Source: a virus (taxonomy: Duplodnaviria; Heunggongvirae; Uroviricota; Caudoviricetes). Taken from it: 9,274 bases of DNA. The notes beneath the pieces were generated by a model that saw only the letters and a list, made by a program, of their open reading frames with translations, did not search any database and was not told where the DNA came from. Position numbers and translations under genes: made by a program. The DNA is taken from positions 1 to 9,274 of the IMG/VR virus record IMGVR_UViG_2778261085_000007, one strand, 5' to 3'. Shown one piece after another: positions 7,698-9,274 of the stretch (position 1 is its first letter; the number at the start of each line of letters is the position of its first letter).

Positions 7698-7724
7698 AGG
7701 CGGGATATTCCCGCCTTTTTCTTT
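7698..7724 (+). terminator. Stem-loop plus T-tract just downstream of E (intrinsic-terminator-like)
   Basis: aggcggg (7698-7704), loop atatt, cccgcct (7710-7716), then ttttcttt. Begins 5 nt after the E stop codon. Confidence 0.45.
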
Positions 7725-7743
7725 ATCGAACAGGAGAGATGTG

Positions 7744-8124
7744 ATGACAAAAGAAGAAATAACAGCGCGTCTTCAGGATCTGGCGGCAGTACTCGGGCGC
7801 GATGCCGATATTTCAGGCTCTAAAGCTGATCTTGAACAACGCCTGGCGGAGTGGGAAGAAGAATTAAGTGATAGTTCAGACGGCCTGTATAAGGATGATG
7901 AAGAACCACAACAAAAAAACGAAACACGATCCGAACGTGGGGAGAGTGAGAACCGAAATTCTGTGGATATGGTCATGGTCAAAGCTGTGGTGATGTTACA
8001 TGTCAATGCACTCCACGCCACACGGGATAACCCCGTGGCATTTGTACGTCCGGGAGAAGTGTTTCGTGTATCTGCCGTGGTGGCAGCCAGCATGGCAGAA
8101 AGTGGCCTCGTGAAAATGTGTTGA
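7744..8124 (+). CDS. FI: DNA-packaging / head assembly protein (gpFI-like), 126 aa
   Basis: MTKEEITARLQDL... and C-terminal ...LHVNALHATRDNPVAFVRPGEVFRVSAVVAASMAESGL align with lambda gpFI (MTKDELIARLRSL... / ...LHTDALHATRDEPVAFVLPGTAFRVSAGVAAEMTERGL). AGGAG at 7732-7736, 7 nt before ATG 7744; the ORF-track start at 7612 lies inside E. Confidence 0.88.
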   Translation: MTKEEITARLQDLAAVLGRDADISGSKADLEQRLAEWEEELSDSSDGLYKDDEEPQQKNETRSERGESENRNSVDMVMVKAVVMLHVNALHATRDNPVAFVRPGEVFRVSAVVAASMAESGLVKMC

Positions 8125-8137
8125 ATGTGGGGGAAAG

Positions 8138-8512
8138 GTGGCAGATTTCTATAATCCGTTTGATGCCGCCGTCGCCATGGCTGACGAGGTCATTCTTTGT
8201 CATATGGGGATTACGGCGGTAATTACGTCCGGTCAGCTTGAAGGAAAAACACTCAGGGGTGTTTTTGATGATCCTGAAAAAATTTCGTTCGTTGCCGGAG
8301 GAGTACGGTTTGAAGATTCTTCACCGTCTTTGTTTGTGAAAACAGCAGATATTACGGGACTGCGCCGTCTGGATACGCTGGAGGTTGGCGGGGATCTTTT
8401 TCGGGTGGATCGCATTACTCCGGACGACGGGGGATGCTGTTATATCCGTCTGCAACGGTGTGACAGTTCCCGGGGGGATATCAGTACAGGGCGATATTAT
8501 GAAAGGTCTTGA
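8138..8512 (+). CDS. FII: Head-tail connector / head completion protein (gpFII-like), 124 aa
   Basis: MADFYNPFDAAVAMADE...RGVFDDPEKIS...SSPSLFVKT...RVDRITPDDGG aligns with lambda gpFII (MADFDNLFDAAIARADE...RGVFDDPENIS...SSPSLFVRT...WVDRVSPDDGG). GTG start, as in lambda. Confidence 0.88.
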   Translation: MADFYNPFDAAVAMADEVILCHMGITAVITSGQLEGKTLRGVFDDPEKISFVAGGVRFEDSSPSLFVKTADITGLRRLDTLEVGGDLFRVDRITPDDGGCCYIRLQRCDSSRGDISTGRYYERS

Positions 8513-9089
8513 AAACGCCATCCGCAATCTGAACAGCCTTGATACCCGTATGGTGCCACAGGCCAGCGCCTGGGCAATAAATCGTGTGGCACAGAAAGCC
8601 ATTTCTCAGGCGACCCGACAGGTTGCCCACGATACCGTTGCCGGTGATAACCAGGTGAAGGGGATCCCCCTGAAACTGGTCAGGGGGCGCGTCAGAATGC
8701 TGAGCGCCAGCCCTGCCGGAAAAATGTATGCCCGGATCCGCGTTAACCGCGGCAATCTTCCCGCCATCAAACTGAGCACAACGCGAAGGCGTGCCGGTGA
8801 CGGGCTGAGGGTGGGGAAATATTTTTTCCAGGGCGCGTTTATCCGGCAACTGGCGAATGGTCGCTGGCATGTTCTGAAACGCCTTCCTGAAGCGCGTTTT
8901 GCAACAGGGCGTGACCATCAGGGCAGGCCGAAAAAAAATCGCCTGCCTGTGGCGGTTGTGAAAATCCCGCTGGCCGGAGCGCTGACACAGGCATTTGAGG
9001 ATGCCCGTAAAAGCGTCATTGATAACGAGATGCCGAAACAACTGGGGTATGCCCTGAAACAACAACTGAGGTCATATCTGAACCTATGA
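8499..9089 (+). CDS. Z: Tail completion protein (gpZ-like), 196 aa
   Basis: MKGLENAIRNLNSLD..., INRVAQKAISQ..., RIRVNRGNLPAIKL, GAFIRQLANGRWHV, VVKIPLAGALTQAF and LGYALKQQLR align with lambda gpZ (MAIKGLEQAVENLS..., INRVASSAISQ, RIKVNRGDLPVIKL, GAFIQQLKNGRWHV, VVKIPMAVPLTTAF, LGYALQHQLR). Start overlaps the FII 3' end by 14 nt. Confidence 0.85.
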   Translation: MKGLENAIRNLNSLDTRMVPQASAWAINRVAQKAISQATRQVAHDTVAGDNQVKGIPLKLVRGRVRMLSASPAGKMYARIRVNRGNLPAIKLSTTRRRAGDGLRVGKYFFQGAFIRQLANGRWHVLKRLPEARFATGRDHQGRPKKNRLPVAVVKIPLAGALTQAFEDARKSVIDNEMPKQLGYALKQQLRSYLNL

Positions 9090-9274
9090 ACCGACACACA
9101 CAAATTCGTCAGGCCGTATTGTCGCGCCTGAAAACAACGTGCGGGGAAGATACCGTTTTGTTTGACGGTCTTCCTGCCTTTATTGATGCACAGGAGTTGC
9201 CTGCCGTGGCGGTGTGGCTGAGTGATGCTCAGTACACCGGAAAAATGACGGATGAAGATGACTGGCAGGCTGTT
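9086..9274 (+). CDS. U: Tail terminator protein (gpU-like), N-terminal 63 codons; continues past the window end
   Basis: MNRHTQIRQAVLSRL...FDGLPAF...LPAVAVWLSDAQYTG...DDWQA aligns with lambda gpU (MKHTELRAAVLDAL...FDGRPAV...FPAVAVYLTGAEYTG...DTWQA). ATG 9086 overlaps the Z stop as ATGA. Absent from the ORF track because there is no stop within the window. Confidence 0.85.
   Translation, partial: MNRHTQIRQAVLSRLKTTCGEDTVLFDGLPAFIDAQELPAVAVWLSDAQYTGKMTDEDDWQAV

Larger units (their letters stand above)
1..9274. mobile_element. Lambdoid phage/prophage packaging and head-morphogenesis module (partial element, continuous across cos)
   Basis: Colinear + strand order nu1-A-W-B-C/nu3-D-E-FI-FII-Z-U, each product alignable by eye with its lambda counterpart (from memory); cos site directly upstream of nu1. 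Confidence 0.9.

Noticed and set aside
8470-8478. RGD tripeptide in the divergent C-terminus of the FII-like protein
   Set aside because: A three-residue motif is expected by chance; there is no eukaryotic-adhesion context, and the FII C-terminus is variable anyway.
8481-9065. 194-aa minus-strand ORF antisense to the Z-like gene
   Set aside because: Shadow ORF opposite a gene with clear lambda gpZ homology; no independent support.
1-9274. Search for CRISPR arrays, tRNAs, IS elements, an integrase/att site or a defence system in the window
   Set aside because: No direct-repeat/spacer array, tRNA-like structure, terminal inverted repeats or non-structural gene was found. Every gene-sized ORF on the + strand is accounted for by the lambda-like head module, and none of the minus-strand ORFs is credible.

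Overview
This window is the DNA-packaging and head-morphogenesis module of a lambda-like (lambdoid) phage or prophage, all on the + strand: a 3' gene fragment, a cos site (cosQ-like, cosN, cosB), then nu1, A, W, B, C with nested nu3, D, E, FI, FII, Z and the start of U. Gene order, sizes, overlaps and protein sequences match phage lambda closely enough to align by eye; this comparison is from my memory of lambda, with no database search run. The sequence runs continuously through cos, so it is an integrated, circular or concatemeric form, not a virion end. I do not see a novel multi-gene system here. The points worth a second look are: (1) a 138-bp tandem repeat (3 full + 1 partial copies) expanding the scaffolding (Nu3 / C C-terminal) region that is single-copy in lambda; (2) a pentanucleotide ATGCG tract at the W start that leaves the Shine-Dalgarno-linked ATG out of frame; (3) cosB repeats at lambda-like spacing but with a different core sequence, suggesting altered terminase specificity; (4) a Cys-containing gene fragment ending 56 bp before cosN. 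No tRNA, CRISPR, IS element or integrase was seen.
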